Notes: generated by a model not told the origin, from the sequence alone. 56,886 bases of DNA from an uncultured Nitrososphaerales archaeon (GCA_963709405.1 CAVPXM010000046.1:1-56886); one strand, 5' to 3'. Shown: positions 9,594 to 21,138, counted from the stretch's first letter. A program made the numbers and translations.

Positions 9594-10594
9594 TCAGCCA
9601 TTTTGTTTTTCGCTATTCTGGCTTTCTGTTTGAGATGTATTCCCAGCATAGTAAACATCACAGTTACGCCAATTGTCGCTAGGCTGAATGGCATTTAAAT
9701 CAGACGCGTCAAACACTGCAACATCCGCAGAAATAATGTCGCGAGCAATCTCATTGAAAAGATGTTGTCCGTAACCTGCTGACAATGGTTTAAAAACTAA
9801 ATCTATGTTGAGAACATCCGAATTTTTGTTTTTATAATCTCTTATGGTATCTTCGAACATTTTACGTATATTTTTCACTAATTCCTCAGCATTATAGTAT
9901 TTTGATTCGAATTTATATCCAAAAACTACAAATAACTTTCCTCGATTATTTTTTCGCTCTAGAACTATCTCCCAATCTATATCGGTAAATCCAAAAGGTG
10001 ATCCTACAGGAGTCGGAGGAAGTGATACCCTCTTTCCTTCAGATACCTTCCTATCTTCGCTTGCCTCTAACGACTGTTCTCTAAATTGCCTTACGTATTC
10101 ATACTTTCCTCTCGGAGTCAATTTGACATCGGTAAAACTTGAATGGGTAAACTCGGCACCCCATTTTTTGTTGAAACAAAACCTGCTTCCTCTAAAACTT
10201 CAATAGAGTCATTAATTTCAATTGGGGTGAGATCAGTTAGTTCCTGTAATTTACGGCCATCAACTGATGCTGGTCCTATACCAACCTTGGGGCGAGTTGC
10301 AAGACTTCGTAGGATTAGTTCAACATTGCTTTCGATCGTCCTATTTAGTCTATTCTTTCCTCTCCTAGTAATTCTAAATTGACCATTTATTTCACATTCT
10401 CTTACCAAACCTTGGCTAACAAGTTCTTGGACTATGGTTGGGATTACGTCAGGGCTAAATGCGGTTAATCCCATTGCATTAAATATTTCAGTGCTTCCAA
10501 CACACTTGGCTTCATCGCCATTAACATATTCATTGAGCGATTTCAAGAATCCATTACTTAGTCGTTTCATATCATTTTCATCTAATTCCCGCAT
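9594..10594 (-). pseudogene. Tandem winged-helix plus TIR/nucleoside-deoxyribosyltransferase-like protein, frameshifted and 3' truncated
   Basis: ORFs 10118-10594 and 9594-10121 fuse with one extra base in T6 10164-10169; wHTH-type FRITRRG and KLTPRG; IARDIISADVAVFDASDLN breaks off at ~9695 before the expected NVxxE helix. Confidence 0.55.
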
Positions 10595-10724
10595 GTCCTC
10601 AACTAGATGAAATATGTCTACAATTTATATTCTGCAATTTGAAGAATCGCATAATCTTATGCATGTTCCTTCAGATTCGCAGTAAATACTAAATCCGTAG
10701 CCTCACAATAACTAATAACAAACG

Positions 10725-11495
10725 TCACTTTCAAAGATGTGAAAAACGAGTTAGTGTGAAAACAATTCACCAGAATTTACTCTATGAGAGATTAAAAAAT
10801 AAACCATTTTTGGTTATGGGATAAGGAGCAACACAAGAAGACAGATATTGAAAACGAATGGAGATTGTTGCTTCAATCATATTATCAGGCTACCACGGAA
10901 GGAAACGATCGAAAAACCAATCTTTGAGTATCAAAAATTGTTCTATGATAACTTGCTAGTTTCAAATATAGATAGTCAATCAAAGTATGATTATAAACAC
11001 AAGCATCTATGGGTTAAAAAGGCTACTGGGCTAGGAGTTATAGAATTCTTTCTTAAATTGACGGTTTGGTTATGCTCGAAGGATGATACTCATCATAACG
11101 CACAGATGTGTATAGCAACAGGTCCGAATCAAGATATTGCTATCAAACTTATCAAGAGAATGAAGATATATTTGAACCTCATAACATCACATTTACAAAT
11201 AAAGAAATAGTATGGGAATTAAATGGCTGCACTATTGAGGCGTATCCTTCAAATCACTTGGATGCTTATCGCGCTTTAGATAATCGTAAATTCATTTTGT
11301 TAGATGAAGCAGACTTTTTCAGAAAATCACAACAGGAAGATGTTAGACATGTTTCAGAACGCTATATTGCAAAATCAGATCCATATATAGTGATGGTATC
11401 TACTCTAATGCACCTGGTGGTCTTTTCGAAAAGATAGAAAAGGAACCAGAAGAGACATGCATTTACAAACGCCTCAAACTGGATTATACTTATAG
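10725..11495 (+). pseudogene. Terminase large subunit-like ATPase domain, multiply frameshifted
   Basis: KKATGLG (Walker A-like), MCIATGPNQDIA, FILLDEADFF (Walker B), IVMVST (motif III). Confidence 0.75.
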
Positions 11496-11595
11496 AATAG
11501 TTAACGAATCGCAAGACATGATTCAAGTTATTGATAGAAATCCAGACAATCTGACGATAAAATGGATTCCAAGAATCTTAACATCAGGAGAACAA
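11488..11595 (+). repeat. Diverged direct repeat of 18509-18616 (3' end of Cys-rich gene)
   Basis: ACTTATAGAATAGTTAA and ATGATTCAAGTTATTGA shared; both encode RIVNESQDMIQVID. Confidence 0.85.
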
Positions 11596-11743
11596 GTCAG
11601 TCATTTCCGAAAACTTTTGTCATAACAGAACTCGTTGTGATTAATTGTAGTTATACACAAAAGAGAAATTATGAAGAAAATTGTTAAGCAGTAATGCATT
11701 GCACCGCACTGCATACGTAGACAGTATATCTAGTGGTCATTAA

Positions 11744-11941
11744 GTGGATGTTGTAAGTGAATATGACAAGATGATATTAGAAAAAACTACTAGGACTAAA
11801 TCCCAGGTCGATGGAATAGTGCGATCGGCTGGTATTGACGGCAGCGCTGGCAGGATATATGTTCCCAAGGCGTGGATCGGTAAAATGGTCATAGTTAGAC
11901 TGAAGGAAGATAAGACCGCTCAAGGGGGTGAGAAAAAATAA
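11744..11941 (+). CDS. DUF2080-family (AbrB-like) small protein
   Basis: GSAGRIYVPKAWIGKMVIV; stop overlaps the next start. Confidence 0.8.
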   Translation: MDVVSEYDKMILEKTTRTKSQVDGIVRSAGIDGSAGRIYVPKAWIGKMVIVRLKEDKTAQGGEKK

Positions 11942-12408
11942 TGTTTGGCAGAGACAGGGGCGAGAAAAAAGAAGTGAAGAAGGAACAGGAAAAAGCATAC
12001 GAAGTATTCGACTGTGAATACATGGGTGGACACATGTTGTATCCGAAAAAGACAGATGCAACGGTATATCTATTCAGCAGCCACTTCGAAATTAGATTCG
12101 GACTTGTCCACAAGAAATTCATTGAAATTCCATATGAATCGATAGTCGGTATTGAGAATGAAGATGAAAGCAGGATTACCAAGACAAGAATATTACTTAC
12201 ACCACTACTGGTAGGTCTACTCTGGAAGAAGAAATTCCGCTATACCGTCATAGAATACGAAGACCAGTTTGGAATGAAACAAGGTGTTGTCATAGACTTT
12301 CATCGCAAGGCAGAGAAGGCACAACAGACAATCTATCTAAAAATGGTTGAGTCTAGAAGCAGGGCAGAACATAACCTAGTGTTTAGAAAAGGATGTGAGA
12401 TACAGTGA
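11941..12408 (+). CDS. Hypothetical PH-like domain protein, paralog of 15028-15417
   Basis: YxGGH, IPYxSIxxIEN, RITKTR, LLWKKK, DFHR shared with 15028-15417. Confidence 0.7.
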   Translation: MFGRDRGEKKEVKKEQEKAYEVFDCEYMGGHMLYPKKTDATVYLFSSHFEIRFGLVHKKFIEIPYESIVGIENEDESRITKTRILLTPLLVGLLWKKKFRYTVIEYEDQFGMKQGVVIDFHRKAEKAQQTIYLKMVESRSRAEHNLVFRKGCEIQ

Positions 12409-13232
12409 AGGAAGAGCACAAACTTGTTGCATTAGGAATTGCTTTGTTATTGCTCAGTTCGGTGCTTGTTACTGGCTTAGGAATGACTACATGGGTTGAG
12501 GCAAAGAAGAAGAGTTCAGACAGCGGTAGCGGTAGCAGTGATTCAGGTTCAAGTAGTGGAGGTAGTAGCGATTCCAGTAGTGGAGGTAGTAGCGATTCCA
12601 GTAGTGGAGGTAGTAGCGATTCCAGTAGTGGAGGTAGTAGCGATTCCAGTAGTGGAGGTAATAGTGTGGGCTCAGATAAAGGTAGCAGTGATAGTGGTAG
12701 CACAGGTAAGACAGACAGTGGTGATAGTGAGCCACCAGGGCCAAGCAAGGAAGATACGAAGAACTTGGCTAGCGATACACCAACGACTGATGCAGCACTA
12801 AAGGCAGTAGAGGGAAGCCCTGGAAAACCAGCTAAGGGAGAAGGAATTGCTAAGGTTCCAGAACAAGGCTGGGTAGATGGAAGATGGACTGGTGGAAGTC
12901 AGGAACGGTTTGAGAAAGGCCCTAAAGGTGATGGCGTAATTCCACCTGGATGCACGCCTGGCGACTGCAAGCCCCAGACTCATATACCAATACATGATGT
13001 CTTTACGAAATCAGACAAACACAAGATACCAATTGTGCATCAAACAATCATCATCGTAATCAAGAATAGAATACATCACAGCAACAGTGGAGGAGGACAT
13101 CACACACATACCCCAGCAGGAACATATTGGAGCAATGAAGATACGGCAACCTTGAATATGATTTGGAGCAATGGAATCAAGAAGGGTGAAGATCCAGTGG
13201 TAGATGCATTCATGACAAGAATGATAGAGTAA
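12405..13232 (+). CDS. Secreted Ser/Gly-rich, His-rich low-complexity protein
   Basis: Signal peptide, SSSGGSSD repeats, overlapping start with upstream gene. Confidence 0.75.
   Translation: MKEEHKLVALGIALLLLSSVLVTGLGMTTWVEAKKKSSDSGSGSSDSGSSSGGSSDSSSGGSSDSSSGGSSDSSSGGSSDSSSGGNSVGSDKGSSDSGSTGKTDSGDSEPPGPSKEDTKNLASDTPTTDAALKAVEGSPGKPAKGEGIAKVPEQGWVDGRWTGGSQERFEKGPKGDGVIPPGCTPGDCKPQTHIPIHDVFTKSDKHKIPIVHQTIIIVIKNRIHHSNSGGGHHTHTPAGTYWSNEDTATLNMIWSNGIKKGEDPVVDAFMTRMIE
12552..12660 (+). repeat. Intragenic 24-bp tandem repeat, 4.5 copies
   Basis: AGTAGTGGAGGTAGTAGCGATTCC x4 plus a 13-bp partial copy. Confidence 0.95.
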
Positions 13233-13909
13233 TAGATTAGGTTAGGTTACCAAGCAACTTGACCTTTTCCATATTTTGCATATGAAACAGAACTCCTTAG
13301 AACGCTTCTTTTTATTCTATGACTAGGTTTACGTTGAGATATTTCGTTTTTGTTTCTCCATATCTATCTCCTTCCACTCAATGTCTTTGCTTATGTCTTT
13401 ACCCTTTATTCCACAAGTCCTTGAAGTCCTTGCTCTTTGAGTATTCTTTTGGTTTCCTTCATCTGGTCTCTGGCCTTTGTTGTGGTTCTGGAGTGAGAAC
13501 TATTCTTTTGCTTCTGGTTCTAAGCATTGGTCATGCTATCACTTCTTTTTCTTGTATGCTGCAGGATGCTGCTTACGGTCTATTGATGTAACATAAGCGG
13601 ATGCACGTTCCATTGACCACATGAACACAAGTCTGGCGGCAGCGGTAGTGACTATGGTAAGGTAACTATGACTCAGAAAGAATATGCAATGATAAAGATG
13701 ACAAGAACCATTTTATCCTCCCAATCTAGAAAATTCCAAATGGCTACCAAACTTGCTAAGTAACAAATGATGAAAGACTCCATGATGAAAGAGACTCACA
13801 CAGCATGAAGATATCCATCTTGGGCATTTCAACCATCTAGTTTTTTATAGAGCAAACATTTTGATTGACAAGGAATTAGAAGAATACGCTCTGCAATATC
13901 TAGAGTTCA

Positions 13910-14425
13910 ATGAGCATAGATATACTTAATAGATACATTTGTTCCGCATGTGTTATGGGAATGAGAAGGATTCTAACGATGCCATTTGCACTTATACTTG
14001 TGGCCGCACTGACACTAAGTTTAGGTCTGACACTGTTGGTGCCGGTTGGGGTGATGAAGATTGCTGCGGCCCAGCCATCAGTTAAGGAGGTTAGTGCACC
14101 AGGGCTAAAGCCAAATGAATATTACATTTTTACCCAAGAACTGAACGCTGACGAATCTAAACTTGGCGTGCCAGTTGCAGTATTCACACTGACAAATATT
14201 ATAGTGCATAAGGGAGATAACGTTACAATTCATTTCTACAATACTGCAGATGAAGCTACCGACAGACACACATTCAGTATGCAATCACCTTACAAGATGG
14301 ATCATGATCTAGCAGGCGGACAGAATGCAACATTTAGTTTCAAGGCTGATACAGTAGGTGGTTTTACATACTATTGTAGATATGATCTACCCAGCATGAT
14401 AGGCCACTTAGAAGTTCTGCCATAG
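13910..14425 (+). CDS. Secreted cupredoxin-domain protein
   Basis: VHKGDNVTIHFYN, RHTF, FTYYCRYDLPSMIGHLEV; true start probably downstream. Confidence 0.85.
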   Translation: MSIDILNRYICSACVMGMRRILTMPFALILVAALTLSLGLTLLVPVGVMKIAAAQPSVKEVSAPGLKPNEYYIFTQELNADESKLGVPVAVFTLTNIIVHKGDNVTIHFYNTADEATDRHTFSMQSPYKMDHDLAGGQNATFSFKADTVGGFTYYCRYDLPSMIGHLEVLP

Positions 14426-14489
14426 CATCTTGATAACAGCACAGCATACTGATGCCGCGGTGTGGTTGGGAATTACTATTCCTTACTGG

Positions 14490-14726
14490 AAAGTAAGCCA
14501 ATTTGTTCGTAAAAAGACTTGAAAATTGACACTGACTTTTGTAAATATCATGAACATGGATTTCAACGTCCTCGTATTCCCTAAAATGTTTGTTCTTATA
14601 CTGCTGTGTCCTAATTTCGAACTGCCGAATATCTAATTCGTGGATTATAACGCCCGAAATGACATAGTAATCAATGTTATCTTTGGGATTAGGACTACCA
14701 GAATCATCAACATACATGATATACAA
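14490..14726 (-). pseudogene. DUF3800-family (RNase H-like) protein, N-terminal fragment
   Basis: MYIMYVDDSG, YYVISGVII, EIH motifs; truncated against the cupredoxin gene. Confidence 0.65.
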
Positions 14727-15027
14727 TAATAATTCTTTTAATAGTTGACCACAGACAAAATTAAATCTATTATTGTCAGAATGATCTAAAGGCGACTTTT
14801 CCTTTCATTTTTGTCCTAAAATCAAGAAGTCTAATATAGATACCAGGCAAGGCTTATCGGTAAGCGACATGAGTTATTTGTTAATGTTAATGTTAGTTAT
14901 CTGTCCCAGTATCAACGAGTCTAAACATAGCAGGCCACTAGTTGGCACATTTCCGCTCATTACATCATGCTCTACCTCTAAAGATAAAATTTAAATCGAT
15001 GCTTTCAACATCAAATAAATAACTGGG

Positions 15028-15417
15028 ATGCCATTTGGTTTTGGTAAGAAACATGAGAAGCCTGAGCAGAAGTTTGATATAAAATATGTCGGCGGTCATA
15101 AAGCCTTTCCTAAAGGAAAAGATACTGAGGTTTTAATTTTTCCAGATAGACTCGAGATAAAGGCAGGCATAATAATACCATATAGTTCGATCACAGATAT
15201 AGAAAACATGGAGGATCACCGGATAACAAAAACGAGGGCATTTCTTACTCCGTTTTTCCTTGGATTATTCTGGAAAAAGCATTATCTATATACAGTTATA
15301 GATTACAATGACGGAAGAGATATCCAATCAATTGTGCTTGATTTTCATAGGTCGGCAGAGGAGGCGCAGCGGCTAATTTACGAACGGATGCTGGACTCAG
15401 AACTCCGTCCCTCTTAA
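15028..15417 (+). CDS. Hypothetical PH-like domain protein, paralog of 11941-12408
   Basis: Direct sequence similarity over nearly the full length. Confidence 0.7.
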   Translation: MPFGFGKKHEKPEQKFDIKYVGGHKAFPKGKDTEVLIFPDRLEIKAGIIIPYSSITDIENMEDHRITKTRAFLTPFFLGLFWKKHYLYTVIDYNDGRDIQSIVLDFHRSAEEAQRLIYERMLDSELRPS

Positions 15418-15875
15418 CATATGAAAATCCTATCTATGGAATAAAAATACAATATCCTTCGACGTGGGACAAACAAGAAAATAGCACAAGACAAGACACA
15501 GAAACTGACATTATTACATTCTTTCCTCCAGTTACGAACTCAAGTGCGAGTCTCGACATATCAATAGATGATCTTACAGATAAAAAAGATATATCTTTAG
15601 ATCAATATGCAAATGACGGAATTGTCAATTTACAACAAACTCTTAAGGGTTTCAAATTGATCGGATCAACTACAAATAATGTTCTTGCTGGATTAGATGC
15701 ATACAAATTGGCATATAGCGACGTAGATAAGAAGATCGTTTTTAAAAATATGGAAATTGGAGCAATAAAAGGAGATAAGGCGTATATTTTAACTTTTGCA
15801 GCAGGAGAGAATGAATATCAAAAATATTTGCCAGTTATACAGGAAACGGTTAATTCAGTTCAAATAACAAAATAA
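15414..15875 (+). CDS. PsbP-like domain, no own start (fragment or frameshifted fusion to upstream gene)
   Basis: Frame of ORF 15657 is open upstream: LTYENPIYGIKIQYPSTW...LAGLDAYKLAY...KAYILTF...YQKYLPVIQETVNS. Confidence 0.75.
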   Translation, partial: LTYENPIYGIKIQYPSTWDKQENSTRQDTETDIITFFPPVTNSSASLDISIDDLTDKKDISLDQYANDGIVNLQQTLKGFKLIGSTTNNVLAGLDAYKLAYSDVDKKIVFKNMEIGAIKGDKAYILTFAAGENEYQKYLPVIQETVNSVQITK

Positions 15876-16446
15876 ACCAATTTCATAACACAAAGATTGA
15901 GAACCAAAAAATTATGACTAAAAGTCACGTATTATTTTATGTGACATGCTTATTTCGTGTGCCAAATCCATCTAGGGTATAACCTTCCATCCTCTTACAT
16001 GGTCATAAAGAGAGCGGATCAATTATGCCCTTAGTGGTCAGATCGAAGCGATTGACCTAGACCTCGCCTAATAAATGATACCTATTAAAAGTATCATTGA
16101 TGTGAACTTTCAAGAGAAAGAGAGGCAATGATTTAATCTTACATACCAGTCACATTGAAAGAAGGATAACGGATCCATAAATATTTATTTTTAAGAAGGC
16201 ATTGTTTAGAATAATTCTAAATAAAATATATCTGAAGTGTGATAACAGAATTAAATACTTACATTTCTTAAAAACCTTATATCTATGCAATATTATTAAT
16301 ACCTACCCCTGGACGATAATCATCATACCTTGCAGTTATCATATCTGGGCCCCTGTTGTCATAAAGGCGGTAAAGTCTTGCCAAATAATCAAGCAACAGC
16401 AGCGTCTGGAGTTGTATTAATATAAAACATATCTTATAGACAAGCA

Positions 16447-16844
16447 ATGAATAAAGTCACCAACCTTATCGTATTATCAGCAATAATATTGATAATTACA
16501 TCGACAATGACTGTGAGAGTAAAAGCACAGGGTCTTGATGCAATGGTTACAGAGTTAAAGAATAAAGGGATGCATTAAAGACAGAAATAGCAAACACCAA
16601 TTTAGCAAATACTGGTAAGGTGCAGGATTTGATTAACAAAGTGTATTACTATCAGGGTCAAATATCAGTAATGGGCGGCGGCACATGGGCTTATCTTCAT
16701 GATGTGCAAGATGCATTAATTGCAAAAATTAAAGCAACCGGACAATCAGGATTTACAGTAGCAGAACAAGCATCTATCGATTCATTTGCAAGTGATGCCG
16801 CAAAGAGTAAGCAAGAACATCCGAGTTCGAATGTATTTGGTTAA
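16447..16844 (+). CDS. Hypothetical secreted helical protein, frameshift near 16567
   Basis: Signal peptide MNKVTNLIVLSAIILII joins the frame of ORF 16620-16844. Confidence 0.5.
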
Positions 16845-17377
16845 TCAAGCAAGCAAGCATGGGCAACTCGAGTATTCAGCGTTCCCAAATTGAGTTCCAT
16901 TCCTAAAATATGGGTAGTTTAAATGGGAGTTTTGTCGGTATGTATGACATAATTCTAACAAAAGTAGGATAGTGGGTGGTCTGATAACAGTTTCATATCC
17001 CAGATATCAACACATGTTGACAGGTATATGATGAATATATTACGCAGGTTAGATATGGATCCAACTTTGGAAATCGTGCCGTATTGGACAAAGGGAAATC
17101 CTATCGGTTAGTCAGTTACCAAATTCATTAATGACTTAACCATTATGTGCTTGTGGAATACACCGACAAAATTCTCTGAAACTCAAGAATAACATTTGGC
17201 GGAAGGTTTCCATATTATCTCATAGACGTAGATTTGAGTGAGAAGAATACTTATTACAAGAACTGAATTGAATTTATTTCAAGTCTAATTGAAGAAATAA
17301 AAGTATGTAAGTTTAAGTATATGCAACGTGTGAAAATTGCAAGACCACCACTAAATGAGCGTGAATAAATGCAATAA

Positions 17378-17885
17378 ATGAGCACAAAAACTGCAAGTTG
17401 AATGGCGAAGAACCAAAGTGTTAGAGATGATAAGTAAGGGTAATTCTCAAACTGAAATAGCAGGAATTCTTCAAGTGGATTTGTCTATAATTAGTAGAGA
17501 TGTATCCTATCTAAGGCAACAAGCAAAACAAAATATCAAAAAATACATTGATGAACGATTACCTGAAGAATATGAAAAATGTCTTGTTGGCTTAACTTCA
17601 ATTCTGAAAGAAGCATGGAATACTGCTACTAACACTGAAGACAAACGAGAAAAGATACAAGCATTATCATTAGCAAAGGAGTGCTATGGAATGAAACTAG
17701 ATCTACTTACAAATGCTACAGTGATAGATGATGCTATTAGGTTTGTCTCAGATAAGCAACAAGACTTTTCAAGAGAAATAAGATTAAAAAGTGACAAGAA
17801 TATTCCTGAGCCAAACAGTGCTATGAGTGTTTATAATTCCAGTCAGTTTTGCTCAAGAACACAAGAAGATGTTGTTACATGCTAA
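17378..17885 (+). CDS. HTH protein, putative terminase small subunit-like
   Basis: WRRTKVLEMISKGNSQTEIAGILQVDLSIISRD HTH; ATG 17378 out of frame at an A-run; directly precedes a terminase fragment. Confidence 0.65.
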
Positions 17886-18081
17886 AATGTTGTTAGAAGA
17901 CCAACGTGGTTTAGTAGCAATAAATCCTAAATTTGATAAACTGATCACATCGTTAAGAACAGCAGTTGAGAAAGGTGAAGGAACTTTAGACAAGGAAGCA
18001 ACTTCCTACAACGATATTTTCGATGCTTTTAGACTCGCATTACATCATTATGAGAAAAAACCTGCAAGGAATGTGGTATGA
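17827..18081 (+). pseudogene. Terminase large subunit-like C-terminal nuclease fragment
   Basis: IPVSF...KLITSLRTA...LDKEATSYNDIFDAFRLAL with terminal DxxDA acidic motif. Confidence 0.7.
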
Positions 18082-18087
18082 TTTGAA

Positions 18088-18619
18088 ATGATAAATGTTA
18101 ATGATTCCGTTGTAAATCGCCATTGTTATGTTTGTGGATATGTTCACGAAAGCAAGGAAGATTATAGAATCTGCGATTATTGTCTGCAGCACAAACGTTG
18201 GGTATATCTACCAAGACCAGTATATTACAGATATGGTTTTGCTAAACATTTAGTCTCAATCTGTGAAGATTGTAATGTATACGAATTTGAATGTCTAAAA
18301 GTTAAGCCAAGAATTATTACTGTTCCTACGCTGATCAGTGCTTTTGAATCAATCTGTAGGATTATCAAAAGATCAGGTGATAATATTGACTACTATGAAG
18401 CCGTAAAGATGGCATATTTCGAAAGTAAGGAGTTAAGAGAATATTTTTGTTCCGATGTCACCGACATAAAACAGATAGACAAAAAGCCTCAAAACATTAT
18501 GGCCTTTCACTTATAGAATAGTTAATGAATCTCAAGATATGATTCAAGTTATTGACATAAATCCAAATGATCTATTACTAAAATGGGTTGATAGTGCTTT
18601 AACATCACGAGAACAATGA
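18088..18619 (+). CDS. Cys-rich (3x CxxC) hypothetical protein, probable frameshift near 18505
   Basis: CYVC, CDYC, CEDC; continues as TYRIVNESQDMIQVID in the adjacent frame. Confidence 0.6.
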
Positions 18620-18897
18620 TAACAATTTAGGAATACTCTCATTAAGACAAAAAGAAGTTTATATTGAGTTTGGTGTAAAAATTTATACAACTTAGAACTG
18701 AGTATCAAAGAGAGCACATCTGCCAAAAAAAATGGCATAAATTTTAGTAATTTCGATCCAAAATATCATTCAATCTTCAAATTAGGACGAGATTATAAAT
18801 CGGATTCTGTTTTTCATTTTCCTTCTTTACTCACATATTCAGATAGTCATATAATTATGTCAATCTTAATTAGGACTTAACGAATTCTACTGACAAT

Positions 18898-20137
18898 ATG
18901 TTATCCTGGGAGTTATCCCCTATTGCAGACGAACCTGTAAATGATGCGACGCTACTCGGACTTGGAGAAAGAATCGATGCTTTGTATCGCTTCCTTTACT
19001 CTCATGATATTATTACACCGTCAGTAATTGCTATCAATGGCGAATGGGGATCTGGAAAAACAAGTCTAATATACACTCTGCAGAAAAAGATTGAGGCAGA
19101 TACTAATGACAAGAAAATTATTACAGTGTCATTTGATGCTTGGAAATATGAGTATTCAGATCCTGCTTTAGGACTATTTTATAAAATTGCAAATAAACTT
19201 GCATCACAAAAACAAAAGCGAAACGAAGAATTTAAGAAGACAGCAAGAGAGGTCATAGAGTTGGGCAGCAGATATATTTACTAGACATTATACTGGAATG
19301 ACTTTAGATGAAGTTAAAAAGCATATTAAAAATGATGCTCTGCCAGCAGAAGATCTTAGTAAAAAGTTAGCAGACCTAGTAAAGAAAACTTCAGGCGACA
19401 AAAAGATAGTTGTATTTATAGATGACCTTGATAGGTGCAGCCTAGAAAATGTTCTTACAGTCCTTGATGCCTTGAAATTATTCTTAAATATCAACAATTT
19501 TATTTTTATCATTGCTGTTGATATTTCAAAGATTAAACTTGCGTGGTCATATAGATATGGAAAAATCGATAATAAATCTGATGAGGGATTAAAATATCTG
19601 GAAAAAATCATCCAGATTGAAACTAAAATAAATAGTGCGAATACAGAACAGATTAAAGAATATGTTCGGCATTTAAATCAAAATATACCACCAGTCTTTA
19701 TTGATCTGATTTCTGTAACAGAAGTTAAGAATCCCAGAAGAATCAAGAGGTTGTTAAACTTGGTTGCATTAAGAAAATATTTTGGTGATGAGAAGGTAGG
19801 AAAACTAGAGATAGTGTTTCTATGGACTATATTTGAAGAAATAGTAGGGCCAACTAGAGCGTTTAACTTTTATAAGCAAGCGAATGGTGCAAGTCAATTT
19901 TATGATTTTCTTAACCGATTTAATAAAATTGAAATTAGACCTGGCATGGGTGATGATGACAAGCGTCGACTAATTATGGAAGGTAAAGGTTATGACCACT
20001 ACGTAGATATATTACACGATAATAAGATGCTGGGATATATGGAGCATAGCGCAAAGATATTAGACACACTCAGGATGAATAAACAAGACATTACAAACAT
20101 AATCGAAGAAGTCGTAAATTATTCAAGTGAAACCTAA
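18898..20137 (+). CDS. KAP-family P-loop NTPase, frameshift at GGG 19263-19265
   Basis: GEWGSGKT, FDAWKY, VVFIDDLDRC, YLEKIIQ, NPRRIKR. Confidence 0.92.
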
Positions 20138-21138
20138 AAATGTTAATCTCCACGATCGGCAGAAAAGACGAATTATTCAGGAAGGAATAGTTATTGTCGT
20201 AGCGATTTAGGTAAGCACATATTTGTATTAAATCCTACGCTACAGACCAAGAACCACGTTATAAATTATAATGAGATACTATATTAATAGCAGTGTATAG
20301 GAACATAATGATAAACTTGATATCGAGGCCAGATATTTTACTCGTAACCAATTGAAACTCCATATGTTTAAGAAATAGGCCATGCAAATAAGGTAGTATT
20401 CACAACTAATTTATGTAATGATAAACTCTATCCATAGATTTGGTCAGCATGATATGCATATTAACTGTTGCAATGACAGGAATTTTAATGCCTCCAAATT
20501 ATGTGAGCGTATTATTATGACGATGACGTTGTGATAAACAATGTTTATTTTTAGTTTCTTTATAATGACAGATCAGGTTGCTTATTTTTATGGAATAAGT
20601 AACAAGAATCAATGCTTATCCAAAAAATATCGAAATGCATACCCTGTCTCATACCGTAACAAGTGATAGATGCAGATTGTTTGATTCTTTCATTCTATCA
20701 GCAGGACACAAATGATGCATACATTCGTCAAAATTGTAGATTATGAATATCATTGCAGACTCTGCATCCTTGGATGAAAGGAAATGTAAAAGTGATTAGT
20801 TAATAGCCAGTCAGGTATTGGGAATTATGCAATCATTAAGATCCAAGAGATAAAACCTTTGTCTTAAATATGGGATTGTTCTTCGCTTTCTCGAACAACT
20901 TCTTTTACAGTTCCGTTTCCTTCCGAAGGCATCAATTCACTATGTGTCCATTAGATTAGGAGTTCAGGCTCTAGTTGCAATAAGTTAATTCTTCTTGTCT
21001 TTATCTAATAGCTTTCAGTATATTATCATATCCACAGCATCTATTCTAATTGGTATTCATATCATCATCATGTCATCGATAGGAATGGTAAGTTAAAAAT
21101 GCAACCGGCATGCTTAAAAATACAATTATAGGAGGTAT

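Noticed and set aside
12383-12801. Alternative-frame repeat ORFs, or a second CRISPR array
   Set aside because: Head-to-tail 24-bp coding repeat with no spacers; only 12405-13232 has a signal peptide and operon coupling.
16036-16057. Short hairpin GGTCAGATCG-AAG-CGATTGACC
   Set aside because: Single copy with no context; could be chance.
10725-18619. Complete provirus
   Set aside because: No recognisable capsid, portal, protease, tail or replication genes, and the terminase is fragmented.
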